Below are positions 8,014 to 17,341 of a stretch of DNA of 32,006 nucleotides, in pieces. Each line of letters starts with the position of its first letter. The first letter of the stretch is position 1. The DNA is from an uncultured delta proteobacterium (lineage in GTDB: Bacteria > Desulfobacterota > Syntrophia > Syntrophales > UBA5619), in NCBI GenBank assembly GCA_963817385.1, contig CAWFOM010000017.1, positions 1 to 32,006 on the forward strand. Direction: 5' to 3'. The position numbers were made by a program, and so were the translations under genes. The notes below the pieces were generated by a model that searched no databases, was not told where the DNA came from, and was given only the letters and a program-made list of their open reading frames with translations.

Positions 8014-9975
8014 ATGCGTTATCCCACCGTTTTTCAACCCTGTCAAATCGGGAGCCTCACCCTCAAGAATCGTCTGGCCATGTCCCAGATGACGATGAAC
8101 TATGCCACGGAAGAAGGCATGGTCACGGATAAAGTGATCGCCTATTACACGGGAAAGGGCGAAGGGGGGAGTCGGCCTGATTTTCGTGGAGGGGACCTAC
8201 TTCACGCCGGAAGGCAAGGGGTATGTCCGGCAGATCGGTCTTGCCTCGCAGGAGCATGTCGAGGGGTTGAAGCGGCTGACGGACGCCGTCCACGGGCTGA
8301 AAAACGATACCCGGATCTTTCTCCAGATCCATCACGCCGGAGGAAGGGCCTCCTCGAAGGTCACCGGGATTCAACCGGTGGCCCCATCAGCCGTTCCGCC
8401 CTATCCGGGGGCGGAAACGCCGCGGGCCTTGACGCGCGAAGAGATCGCCGGCCTGATTCAGGCGCACGTCGAGGCGGCCGCCCGGGCCAGGGAGGCGGGA
8501 TTCGACGGCGTGGATATCCACTGCGCCCACGGTTATCTCGTCCCGTCCTTCTTCTCCCCGATGACGAATCACAGGACCGACGAGTATGGAGGGGACCTGA
8601 CCGGCCGGACCCGTTTTCTTCTGGAGATCATCCGGGGGATTCGACAACGACTGGGAAGAGAGTATCCTCTGACGATCAAGATCAGCGGGGATGAATACAT
8701 CGAGGGCGGATTGGGTATCAACGACATGATCGGCATCGCCCGGCTGGCCCAGGATGCCGGCATCGACGGCCTGATCGTCTCTGCAGGGACCGTGGGCGGA
8801 AAGAAGATCGAGGATCTGAACGAGGCCCATAAGGTGATGCGGACGCTTCCCATGATGACGCGAACTGGCTTGTCTCGTTCCGATTGCCGCGGAATTCAAG
8901 AAGGCGCTGCAGATCCCCGTCGTCACCGTGGGCCGGATCAACACCATCGCACTGGCCGAGGAAATCCTGTCGCAGGGCAAGGCGGATATCGTGGCAATCG
9001 GCCGCCCCCTTCTCGCCGATCCCGAGCTGCCGAAGAAGGCGGCGGAGGGCCGGGAGGAGGAGATCCGGCCCTGCATCGCCTGCAACGAAGGATGCTACAA
9101 GCGGATCCTCGGACAGCTCGCTATCTGTTGTTCCGTGAACCCGATGCTGGGAAAAGAGGCCGACCCCGCCGTCCCGAAGGCCGACCCCGCCAAACGGGTG
9201 GTCGTCGTCGGCGCCGGACCCGCGGGGATGGAGGCGGCCTGCCGTGCCCGGGAAAGGGGTCATGACGTCACCCTGATCGAGAAGGGCGCCCGTTTGGGCG
9301 GGCAGCTTCTGCTGGCCGCCGTTCCGCCGGGGAGGAAGGAGATCGAACGCTTCACGAACTATATGGGGGGATGCCTGAACCGAAACGGCGTGAAGGTGAT
9401 CCTGAACGAGGAGGTCTCCCCTTCCGCCATTCGGCGACTTCAGCCGGATGCGGTCATCATCGCCACGGGAGCACAGCCGTGCACGCTGGCCGTCCCGGGA
9501 CTCCCGGCGGCGCGGGGCGTGACGGCCTGGGATGTCCTGTCGGGAAAACCGATGGCGGGCGGACCCTATCTGGTTGTGGGTGCGGGGCTCGTCGGCTGTG
9601 AAACGGCGGACCTTCTCAGCGACCGGGGGGAGATAGGTCACGCTCGTCGAGATGCTTCCGGAGATTGCCTGCGACGCCGACAAGGACACCAAGGCCTATT
9701 TCGACATCCGGTTTCAGAACAAAGGGGTCAAGATCTATACCGGGGCGACCCTGACCGGGATGGAGGATCGTCAGGCGATCATCCACCAGGGGCTTGAAGA
9801 CATCCCGATCGAGGCGGGAACGGTGGTTTTCTCCGTGGGTGCAAAACCGGATGATTTGTTGTATGAGCAGTTGATTTCCCTGGGCATCGAGGTGATCAAG
9901 GCGGGCGACTGCGTGAAGCCCAGGAGGATTCTGGATTCCGTCGAGGAGGGTTTCCAGGCGGGCAATCGAATATAA
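8014..9975 (+). CDS. Old-yellow-enzyme family NADH:flavin oxidoreductase with [4Fe-4S] and FAD domains (FadH/BaiCD/enoate-reductase architecture), three apparent +1 frameshifts (~8152, ~8865, ~9634)
   Basis: LKNRLAMS; reconstructed YTERAKGGVGLIFVEG; GFDGVDIHCAHGYL; NHRTDEYGG; RPCIACNEGC…C; VVGAGPAGMEAA; AGDCVKPR. Split across four ORFs. Confidence 0.9.
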
Positions 9976-10013
9976 CCGATTAACGGCATCATGAAAGGAA
10001 AGGAGACAAGCGG

Positions 10014-11030
10014 ATGAGTACGAAAGAATGGTCTGTTTCTTACTGGCATTATATGCCGGGGTCATCGAGCCCGATGCAGATGATGAAGGGCGCCATGAAG
10101 TGCATGCAATGCGGGGGGGTGAAGGAGGGCGAAACGGTTCTGATCTCCACCGATACGAATAAACTGAGGATCGCCGAAGCCCTCGGGGGCGCAGCCTACG
10201 CGGTCGGGGCGACGCCCATCATCATCATGATCCCTCCCGTCGGCGTCCACGGGGGGCAACTGCCGGAGCCCGTCGTTGCGGCCTTCCGGGAGGCGGATGT
10301 CTTCCTGCAGCCCTCCACCTGGTCGCAGACCCACACCCGCGCGCGGGTGGAGGCGATCAAGGCGGGAAAACGGGGCTGCACGATGTGCGAGGTCACCGAG
10401 GACGCCCTGTGCGTGGGGGCCATCGAGGCGGATTACGAGGCCTGCGACCGGCTCGGGCGGCTCTTGGGGGCGGCCCTTGCCGAGTCGAGCGAGGTCCGCA
10501 TCACGTCGCCGCTGGGCACGGATATCCGGGGCGACGTGAAGGGCCGGCCTGTGCAGTATGAAACGGGTCTCTTTAAAAAGCCCGGCCAGTTCGCCGCTTT
10601 TCCCGACAGCGAGATCAATATTTCGCCGGTCGAGGGGACGGCGGAGGGGAAGATCGTCAGCGATGTAAGCATCATGAGCGTCGGCGTCACGATCTACGAC
10701 CATGTCACCCTGATCGTCAAGGGAGGGAACGTGGTGGATGTCCAGGGAGGCATGGCCGCCGCCAAGCTCAGCCAGATCCTCAAAGGCTTGAACGACGAGA
10801 AGGCCTACAATTATGCCGAATTCGGTATCGGTCTCAATCCAAAAGCCAGACTCGCGGCGACCAATCTCGAGGACCTGGGCCGCCTGGGAAACTGTCATGC
10901 GGGGATCGGCAGCAACTTTGCCATCGGGGGGAAGGTGCTGGCGCCGAACCACATCGATGCGATGTACCGGGATGCAACGGTCTACTTTGACGGGAAGGTC
11001 GTCCTCGATAACGGCGTCTGTAAAATTTAA
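10014..11030 (+). CDS. M29/aminopeptidase-T-like metalloenzyme (the fold also includes NicX-type enzymes); substrate unknown
   Basis: FPDSEINISP, AEFGIGLNP, EDLGRLGNCHAGIGSN and NHID motifs carry the E/E/H/H/D ligand pattern of the family; RBS AAGGAG. Confidence 0.8.
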   Translation: MSTKEWSVSYWHYMPGSSSPMQMMKGAMKCMQCGGVKEGETVLISTDTNKLRIAEALGGAAYAVGATPIIIMIPPVGVHGGQLPEPVVAAFREADVFLQPSTWSQTHTRARVEAIKAGKRGCTMCEVTEDALCVGAIEADYEACDRLGRLLGAALAESSEVRITSPLGTDIRGDVKGRPVQYETGLFKKPGQFAAFPDSEINISPVEGTAEGKIVSDVSIMSVGVTIYDHVTLIVKGGNVVDVQGGMAAAKLSQILKGLNDEKAYNYAEFGIGLNPKARLAATNLEDLGRLGNCHAGIGSNFAIGGKVLAPNHIDAMYRDATVYFDGKVVLDNGVCKI

Positions 11031-11058
11031 GTTTATCCGACTATGAGGAGGAGGTGTC

Positions 11059-12153
11059 ATGGCAAACAAGATTCGCTTGGGGCTTATTGGGGCCAATGTT
11101 CGCTCGCACTGGGCCTCCCGCTCGCACCTGCCGGCGCTGCTCGTCAGCCCGGATTTCGAACTGACCGCGGTCTGCACCACCAAGCCTGAGAGCGCGGAAG
11201 AGGCGCGCCGGAAGTATGGGGCGAAACTCGCCTTCCACGATTTCCGGGCAATGGCGGCCTCGCCGGAGATCGACGCGGTGGCTGTGGTGGTGCGGGTTCC
11301 TTCTCACTATGAGCCGACCAAGGCAGCCTTGGAAGCAGGCAAGCACGTCTATACCGAGTGGCCCCTGGGCAGGACGACCGGCGAAGCTGAAGAACTTGCC
11401 GCGCTTGCCAGGTCCAAGGGAGTCAAGACGGCGGTGGGGCTGCAATCCCGCGTCAGTCCCACGCTGATGTATATGAAGGAACAGATCGAATCGGGTTATG
11501 TGGGCGAGGTGATGGCCTGTCACGTCAGCTTGATGCGTGATGGCGTGTTGGAACGTCGATCCAGCCGCACCTGGCAGCGAGATGCCGGCCTGGGCGCGAA
11601 CACCCTCACCATCGCCAACGGGCACACCATCGACTCACTGCGCTTCGTCGCAGGCAACTTCAGCCGTGTGGCTTGCGTGGTGACGACCCAGGCTCGGCAA
11701 TGGTTTGAGACAGACACAAAGAAGATGGTGGATGTCACCTCCCCCGACAACGTTCTGGTCAGCGGACGGCTGGCGAACGGCGCGGTCGCTTCGGTCCATG
11801 TCGCCGCCATTCCCTGGGCCGGCAGCGGTTTCCGGATGGAGATCTACGGGCGGGAAGGAACGCTGATCGCATCGGGCGACGACTCCCCTCAGCTAAGCGA
11901 GCTGCGCCTTCGCGGCGCGCGGGGCGGCAACGAGCTGAGCGAGCTGCCAGTACCCTCGCGCTTCGTTCATGTCCAGGCGGGAACGCCCCAGGGCGATCCC
12001 TACAATGTCGGTCAGATGTATTGCGTGTTCGCCCGGGCGATCCGCACAGGTCAGAGCCGCCAGCCCACGTTCGACACCGCCGTGGATCTGCACCGCTTCG
12101 TCGATGCGATCAAACAGGCTTCGGATACGGGACGGGAAGTGAACCTCGCCTGA
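11059..12153 (+). CDS. Gfo/Idh/MocA family NAD(P)-dependent oxidoreductase
   Basis: IRLGLIGA, DAVAVVVRVPSH, GKHVYTEWPL (EKP-motif variant), GHTID; RBS GAGGAGG. Confidence 0.92.
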   Translation: MANKIRLGLIGANVRSHWASRSHLPALLVSPDFELTAVCTTKPESAEEARRKYGAKLAFHDFRAMAASPEIDAVAVVVRVPSHYEPTKAALEAGKHVYTEWPLGRTTGEAEELAALARSKGVKTAVGLQSRVSPTLMYMKEQIESGYVGEVMACHVSLMRDGVLERRSSRTWQRDAGLGANTLTIANGHTIDSLRFVAGNFSRVACVVTTQARQWFETDTKKMVDVTSPDNVLVSGRLANGAVASVHVAAIPWAGSGFRMEIYGREGTLIASGDDSPQLSELRLRGARGGNELSELPVPSRFVHVQAGTPQGDPYNVGQMYCVFARAIRTGQSRQPTFDTAVDLHRFVDAIKQASDTGREVNLA

Positions 12154-12161
12154 GGAGTTTT

Positions 12162-12220
12162 CATATGATAAATCACATATGATAAATCACCTTGACATAC
12201 AAAACCGCTTTCCGTATCCT
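12162..12220 (+). promoter_or_regulatory. Sigma70 promoter for tctCBA with an upstream tandem 14-bp repeat
   Basis: CATATGATAAATCA x2 (12162-12189), then TTGACA (12192-12197), 17 nt, TATCCT (12215-12220). Confidence 0.7.
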
Positions 12221-12309
12221 TTGCCAGCGCAATAGCAACTTCTATCAATTCAATGTGAAAAAGCAATGCCTTATCAATTCAATTCACCGGGAAGGAAAGG
12301 AGATTGAGC

Positions 12310-13296
12310 ATGAAGAAGATTTCACCATGGAGTATTCTGATCATGTTGGCACTTTTACTCTCTCTGGGTATGGGCGCCGCCTACGGAGCGACAAAGTTTC
12401 CGGAAAAACCCATCACCCTGATCGTGCACTCCGGGGCCGGCGGGGGCAGCGACATCTTTGCCCGGGTCCTGGCCGCAGCAAACGATAAGGAGAAGTTCTT
12501 CCCCGAACCGATCGTCGTGGAAAACAAACCGGGCGGCAGCGGCGCCGTGGCCTTCGCCTATGTCGCCGGCAAGAAGAAGGATCCGTACTTCATCCTGACG
12601 TCGGTAGCCAGCTTTCTGACGACGCCTCTGATCGGGCAATCGCCGCTAAGCTACAAGGACTTCACCCCCATTGCCAACTTTGCCTTCGATGAGAATGTGC
12701 TGGTCGTCAATGCCAATTCGAAATACAAATCTGTGCAGGACATTGTAACCGAGGCCAAAGCGAATCCCCAGAAGCTCACCGTAACCGGTTCGCAGGCGGG
12801 GGCGATCGAGTCCGTCTGCACCTACCAGTTCGAGAAGGCGGCAGGGATCAAACTCAATTACATCTCCGGAGGGGGAGGCGGCTCTGAGCCCATCGTTCAG
12901 GTTCTTGGGGGTCATATCGACATGACGGTTGCAAACCCCGGAGAGGCGTTGGAGCTGCAGAGGGCCAACAAGCTCCGTATTCTCGCCGTTTTTTCAGAGA
13001 AGCGACTGGCTTTGGCGCCTGAGATTCCCACCTTCAAGGATCTGGGATACAATGTCACGGGTGCAGCGAACAACCGCGGCATCTCAGCCCCGGGGGGAAT
13101 CCCGGAGGATGCCCGGAAGGTCTTGGAAGCGGGTCTTTTCAAGTATTCGAAAAGCGGACCGTGGAAAAAGTACGTGACGGACAACATGCTGACCGAGGCA
13201 TGGATGGACAGCGCAACCTACAGCAGATGGCTGGGCGAACAGAATGCGCGCTACGAAGCCACTTACAGAGAAATGGGCGTTTTGAAAAAGAAGTAG
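12310..13296 (+). CDS. tctC: Tripartite tricarboxylate transporter substrate-binding protein (TctC/Bug)
   Basis: Signal peptide; FPEKPITLIV…AGGGSDIFAR; VVENKPGGSGAV; PEIPTFKDLGY. ATG 12310 sits 7 nt after AAGGAG. Confidence 0.93.
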   Translation: MKKISPWSILIMLALLLSLGMGAAYGATKFPEKPITLIVHSGAGGGSDIFARVLAAANDKEKFFPEPIVVENKPGGSGAVAFAYVAGKKKDPYFILTSVASFLTTPLIGQSPLSYKDFTPIANFAFDENVLVVNANSKYKSVQDIVTEAKANPQKLTVTGSQAGAIESVCTYQFEKAAGIKLNYISGGGGGSEPIVQVLGGHIDMTVANPGEALELQRANKLRILAVFSEKRLALAPEIPTFKDLGYNVTGAANNRGISAPGGIPEDARKVLEAGLFKYSKSGPWKKYVTDNMLTEAWMDSATYSRWLGEQNARYEATYREMGVLKKK

Positions 13297-13304
13297 AAAT
13301 GTCC

Positions 13305-13340
13305 GGAGGCGGGGGCAGAGACGACTATGCCCCTGCCTCC
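13305..13340 (+). terminator. GC-rich stem-loop between tctC and tctB (attenuating or mRNA-stabilising hairpin)
   Basis: GGAGGCGGGGGCA (13305-13317) pairs with TGCCCCTGCCTCC (13328-13340), one G-U pair; only a weak U tail. Confidence 0.6.
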
Positions 13341-13366
13341 TTGGGATTCTGATTGAAAAGGCAAAA

Positions 13367-13834
13367 GTGCAGATGAAAAAAGCCGATAAAATCATTGGTT
13401 TGATCATGCTGGTCTTCGCCGGATTTGTCATTGAGGAATCCATGAGAATGCCCCAGGAGGGCGGAAACTTTGAGCCGGGGATCAGATTCCTGCCCTTCTG
13501 GCTGGGAGTGCTCATGGCCATTCTCTCCGTTCTCCTCATGGTCAGCGCATGGCGGAAATCGGCCGAAGGTGTGGCGAAGAGGCTCTTGCCGAACCGACAG
13601 GCCCTGATATCCATCATGCTCCTCGTGGCAGGCTTGGCCGTGTACATCTTCTTGTTGGAAACGTTGGGTTTTCTCATCGATACCTTGCTCTTCAACACCT
13701 TCCTGATGGCCGTCGTGATGAGGGCCCAGTGGAAGATGGCCCTTTCGGTAGCCGTGAGTTCATCCGTGGCGCTTTATGTGCTCTTCAGGATCCTGCTGGC
13801 AGTTCCCCTTCCGAAGAACATTCTCGGATTTTAG
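13367..13834 (+). CDS. tctB: Tripartite tricarboxylate transporter small membrane subunit TctB
   Basis: 155 aa, about 4-5 hydrophobic segments, PGIRFLP, LGFLI, C-terminal LLAVPLP; lies between tctC and tctA. Confidence 0.88.
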   Translation: MQMKKADKIIGLIMLVFAGFVIEESMRMPQEGGNFEPGIRFLPFWLGVLMAILSVLLMVSAWRKSAEGVAKRLLPNRQALISIMLLVAGLAVYIFLLETLGFLIDTLLFNTFLMAVVMRAQWKMALSVAVSSSVALYVLFRILLAVPLPKNILGF

Positions 13835-13885
13835 CGGCTCTTCGCACTGTCAATCCATCGGCGATAGAACGTTGGAGGAAATGCT

Positions 13886-15397
13886 TTGGACGTCTTTCAG
13901 AATCTTCTCATGGGCTTTCAAGTGGCCCTGTCGCTTCAGAATCTTTTATTCTGCTTCATCGGGGTATTGATCGGGACGCTCCTCGGCGTGCTCCCCGGCA
14001 TCGGGCCGATTACCGGGGTGGCGATCCTCGTTCCCATCACATTCAACATGAACGCCACGACAGCAATTATCACCATGGCCGGCGTTTATTACGGCGCCAT
14101 GTATGGCGGATCGACCACATCCATTCTCATCAATGTGCCGGGGGAATCGGCATCGGTCATCACCACGCTGGACGGATACCAGATGGCACGGAAAGGGCGT
14201 GCGGGGCCTGCCCTGGGTATGGCCGCCTTGTCATCGTTCATTGCGGGCACCTTTTCCGTCATCCTGCTTACCCTCATCGCCCCTCCCCTGGTCAAGTTTG
14301 CCCTGGCTTTTGGACCGCCGGAGTATTTTGCCCTCACCTTCATGGGGCTGACCCTGGTGACTAGTCTGGCCGGAGATTCCATGATCAAAGGCGTCATGAG
14401 CGGCGTCTTCGGACTGCTCCTGGCCTGCGTGGGCATCGACGCCATTACCGGCACCGCGAGATTCACCTACGGGGAAATCTATCTTCTGGACGGGTTTGGT
14501 TTTATCGGCGTGGCGGTTGGGCTTTTTGCCGTCGCCGAGGTGCTCGTCAATCTGGAGGAACCCGCGCAGGAGGTCTATACCCGGACCAAGTTGAGCATCA
14601 GGACCCTGTTCCCCAACCTTCAGGATTGGAAGGATTCCTTTTGGCCTATCTGGCGGGGAACCATCCTTGGTTTCTTCATCGGCGTGCTGCCCGGGGGTGG
14701 CGCCACCATCGCTTCTTTCATCTCTTATGCCGTCGAGGAAAAGGTAAGCAAGCACCCGGAGAAATTCGGCACCGGAATCATCGAGGGAGTTGCCGCCCCG
14801 GAGGGCGCCAACAATGCCGCTGCGATCGGCCACTTTGTCACTCTGCTGGCCCTGGGCATCCCGGGAACCGCGACGATGGCGATCATGATGGGGGTTTTCC
14901 TCATCCACGGACTGCGACCGGGACCGCTGCTTTTTGAAACCAACCCCGACTTCGTATGGGGACTGATCGCCAGCATGTATATCGGCAATGTGATGCTGGT
15001 CATCCTGAACATGCCCTTGATCGGAATCTGGGTGAGCATGTTGCGCGTCCCTTACAAGATTCTGATGCCGCTCATCGTCACGATATCCGCCGTGGGAATC
15101 TACGCGACGGAAAACAACACGTTCGACATGTGGATCATGCTGGCCTTCGGGATCCTCGGCTACCTCATGCGGAAGTTTGATTTTCCCGCCGCGCCGGTCG
15201 TGCTGGCGCTGGTTCTGGGACCCATGGTCGAAAAGTCCCTGCGGCAATCCCTGAGTATGTCGCACGGCAGTCTGGCCATCTTTGTTAACCGTCCGATCTC
15301 GGCCGTGCTGCTGGTTATTTCTTTTATTTCATTATGTCTCCCGTTGTTTCGCGTCGTCTGGCAGAAATTCAGAAAGGAAGAGAAGCAAGGAACCTAA
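13886..15397 (+). CDS. tctA: Tripartite tricarboxylate transporter large membrane subunit TctA
   Basis: GVLPGIG, YYGAMYGGSTTSILINVPG, TTLDGYQMARKG, GVAAPEGANNA and LALGIPG signatures; TTG start after GGAGG. Confidence 0.95.
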   Translation: MDVFQNLLMGFQVALSLQNLLFCFIGVLIGTLLGVLPGIGPITGVAILVPITFNMNATTAIITMAGVYYGAMYGGSTTSILINVPGESASVITTLDGYQMARKGRAGPALGMAALSSFIAGTFSVILLTLIAPPLVKFALAFGPPEYFALTFMGLTLVTSLAGDSMIKGVMSGVFGLLLACVGIDAITGTARFTYGEIYLLDGFGFIGVAVGLFAVAEVLVNLEEPAQEVYTRTKLSIRTLFPNLQDWKDSFWPIWRGTILGFFIGVLPGGGATIASFISYAVEEKVSKHPEKFGTGIIEGVAAPEGANNAAAIGHFVTLLALGIPGTATMAIMMGVFLIHGLRPGPLLFETNPDFVWGLIASMYIGNVMLVILNMPLIGIWVSMLRVPYKILMPLIVTISAVGIYATENNTFDMWIMLAFGILGYLMRKFDFPAAPVVLALVLGPMVEKSLRQSLSMSHGSLAIFVNRPISAVLLVISFISLCLPLFRVVWQKFRKEEKQGT

Positions 15398-15442
15398 GAA
15401 CAAGCGCCGTGAAAAGGGGTTCCTTCCAAGAGGTAAAAGCCG

Positions 15443-16183
15443 ATGATCATTCTCGCGGAGAAATGCGTAGGCTGCGGCCGCTGCCGAGCCTACTGTCCCG
15501 CCGTGGCGATCCGGTATGACGGGCTCAAGAGCGTCATCGATCAGGATATCTGCTACGAATGCGGCACCTGCCTGCGTTCAGCGCACTGCCCCACCGATGC
15601 GCTGGCGGATTCTCCCAATGTCACCGAATACCCCCGGGCGTTGCGGAAGTATTTCAGCGACCCTGTCGCCACCCATGTTGCCACCGGAATCCCGGGGCGG
15701 GGCACGGAGGAGTCGAAGTCGAACGACGTTACCCTCCGCTGCGGACCGGGCCGGGTCGGCGTTGCCATCGAGATCGGTCGGCCCACCATCGGCATGGCGC
15801 TTCTGGACGTGCAGAAAATCACCCGGGCGATCGCGCGGGCGGGCGTGCACAGGATCGAGCCGCACAACCCGATCCACTCGATGATCGCGGATCAGACGAC
15901 GGGCGACCTCAAACCGGAACTGTTAGGGGAGCGGGTGCTTTCCGCGATCATCGAGATTCAGGTGGCGCGCGATCAACTCCGCGGCATCCTCCGGACGCTC
16001 AAGGAGGTGGCCGGGGAGGTGGACAGCGTCTTTTGCATCGACGTCTTCACCATCGTCGAGCCGCGCCTCAAGATCCCCGAGGAGGTCCTGGAGAGCATCC
16101 GGGCGGAGGAGCTGACCTGGCGGCCGAACGCCAAGATCAACATGGGCCTGGGAAGGGCCGGTAAACCGAGGACGGGACCATGA
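15443..16183 (+). CDS. 2x[4Fe-4S] ferredoxin domain fused to an uncharacterised C-terminal domain
   Basis: CVGCGRCRAYCP and CYECGTC…HCP, followed by about 190 aa containing FSDP…GRGTEESKSNDVT. Confidence 0.8.
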   Translation: MIILAEKCVGCGRCRAYCPAVAIRYDGLKSVIDQDICYECGTCLRSAHCPTDALADSPNVTEYPRALRKYFSDPVATHVATGIPGRGTEESKSNDVTLRCGPGRVGVAIEIGRPTIGMALLDVQKITRAIARAGVHRIEPHNPIHSMIADQTTGDLKPELLGERVLSAIIEIQVARDQLRGILRTLKEVAGEVDSVFCIDVFTIVEPRLKIPEEVLESIRAEELTWRPNAKINMGLGRAGKPRTGP

Positions 16184-16830
16184 CGCACAGTCTGCACCGG
16201 GAGGGATCGCTGGATTCGCTGGAGCGGGACTATACCCTGTTCATCAGCCCGGCAAGCGGCTTCAACTACGAGGGGAGCGTCCCAAAGATTCGCCGCCTGG
16301 TCGATGCGCTCTACAAGTCGGGCGTCGCAAACCTGATCGCGATGACGTTGCGCAAGAACTCGTACAGCGGGATCACGCCGGAGGAGGTCATCGCCAGCAT
16401 CACGGTCGAGGGTACCCGCGTCTGCAGCGTCTTCAACAGCCGGAAGAAGATCACGGAGGCGTTGACCCGGATCAAGGAGTTGGACGAGGGGATCTCGATC
16501 GTGGTCAGCGGGATCATCGACCGCGTCCGGGAGATCGCCGCCGAGGTCGGCATCGATCCGCACATGGTGAATCTTTCTCTGGGCATTCACGGGCGGACGG
16601 ATCGCCTGCCGCCGGACGGCATCCGCGAATTCACCACAATGTGCGGGCACGGCGTCGTTTCGCCCAATCTTGTCCTGGAAACCATCCGCCGCGTCAAGAC
16701 GGGAAAAGTCAGCGAGTGGGAGGGCAGCTTGAACCTTGCGGAACCCTGTGCATGCGGCATCTTTAATCCGTTTCGCTCCGCGGAGCTGCTTCGGGAAAAG
16801 GCGCCGCTCTACGCTGTCGACCGATGGTAG
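16180..16830 (+). CDS. Hypothetical protein with TMCGHG and CACGIFNP motifs (probable Fe-S/metal-binding partner of the upstream gene)
   Basis: ATGA overlap with the upstream gene; coding-like GC3 bias; N-terminal MTHSLHR. Confidence 0.75.
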   Translation: MTHSLHREGSLDSLERDYTLFISPASGFNYEGSVPKIRRLVDALYKSGVANLIAMTLRKNSYSGITPEEVIASITVEGTRVCSVFNSRKKITEALTRIKELDEGISIVVSGIIDRVREIAAEVGIDPHMVNLSLGIHGRTDRLPPDGIREFTTMCGHGVVSPNLVLETIRRVKTGKVSEWEGSLNLAEPCACGIFNPFRSAELLREKAPLYAVDRW

Positions 16831-16866
16831 TCCCCCGGAAGAAATTGAAGATGGAGGTGGAGCAAT

Positions 16867-17298
16867 ATGGAAGTCTATGAAAAGAGGATCGGGCGTTTTT
16901 TCCGGTTCGAGTTTGCAAACGGCGAAGACATCTTGTCCGAGCTTTCCGGCTTTGCCCGTAAGAAGGGAATCCGTGAGGCTTCCCTTTTCATCCTCGGGGC
17001 CATCGAGGCGGGAGAGGTCGTGACGGGATTCAAGAATCTCAATGGGGGGCCTTTCGATTCCGACCTGGAAAAATTCGGAAGACGGGAGTTTCTCGGGCTC
17101 GGAAATCTGACATGGCCGGCAAAACCGCCCAAGACGATGGTCCGCAAGGGGGTGTCCTGGGACGAGCCGCAGCCATACCCCCACTTTCACTTAGTTTCCG
17201 GTCCGGAGCTGGGAGGGAAAGAACGAGGAAATCTCGTGGGGCACCTCGAAAAGGGACTCGCCTACGGGGTCACCGTGCTCATGTACGAACTGATTTGA
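16867..17298 (+). CDS. PPC/DUF296 domain protein
   Basis: GEDILSEL…LGAI, EFLGLGNL, HFH…GHL metal-binding His triad; RBS GGAG. Confidence 0.8.
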   Translation: MEVYEKRIGRFFRFEFANGEDILSELSGFARKKGIREASLFILGAIEAGEVVTGFKNLNGGPFDSDLEKFGRREFLGLGNLTWPAKPPKTMVRKGVSWDEPQPYPHFHLVSGPELGGKERGNLVGHLEKGLAYGVTVLMYELI

Positions 17299-17341
17299 TT
17301 CGAGGATCGGGCCTCCATCTTCGATGAAAAGGATCTGAACG

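Noticed and set aside
2590..9640. Programmed ribosomal frameshifting or phase variation
   Set aside because: No shared slippery motif or long homopolymer at most sites, and two to three shifts per metabolic gene is implausible.
12162..12283. CRISPR array or iteron origin
   Set aside because: Only two copies of each short repeat, no spacers of CRISPR length, and no cas or rep gene. The position fits operators.
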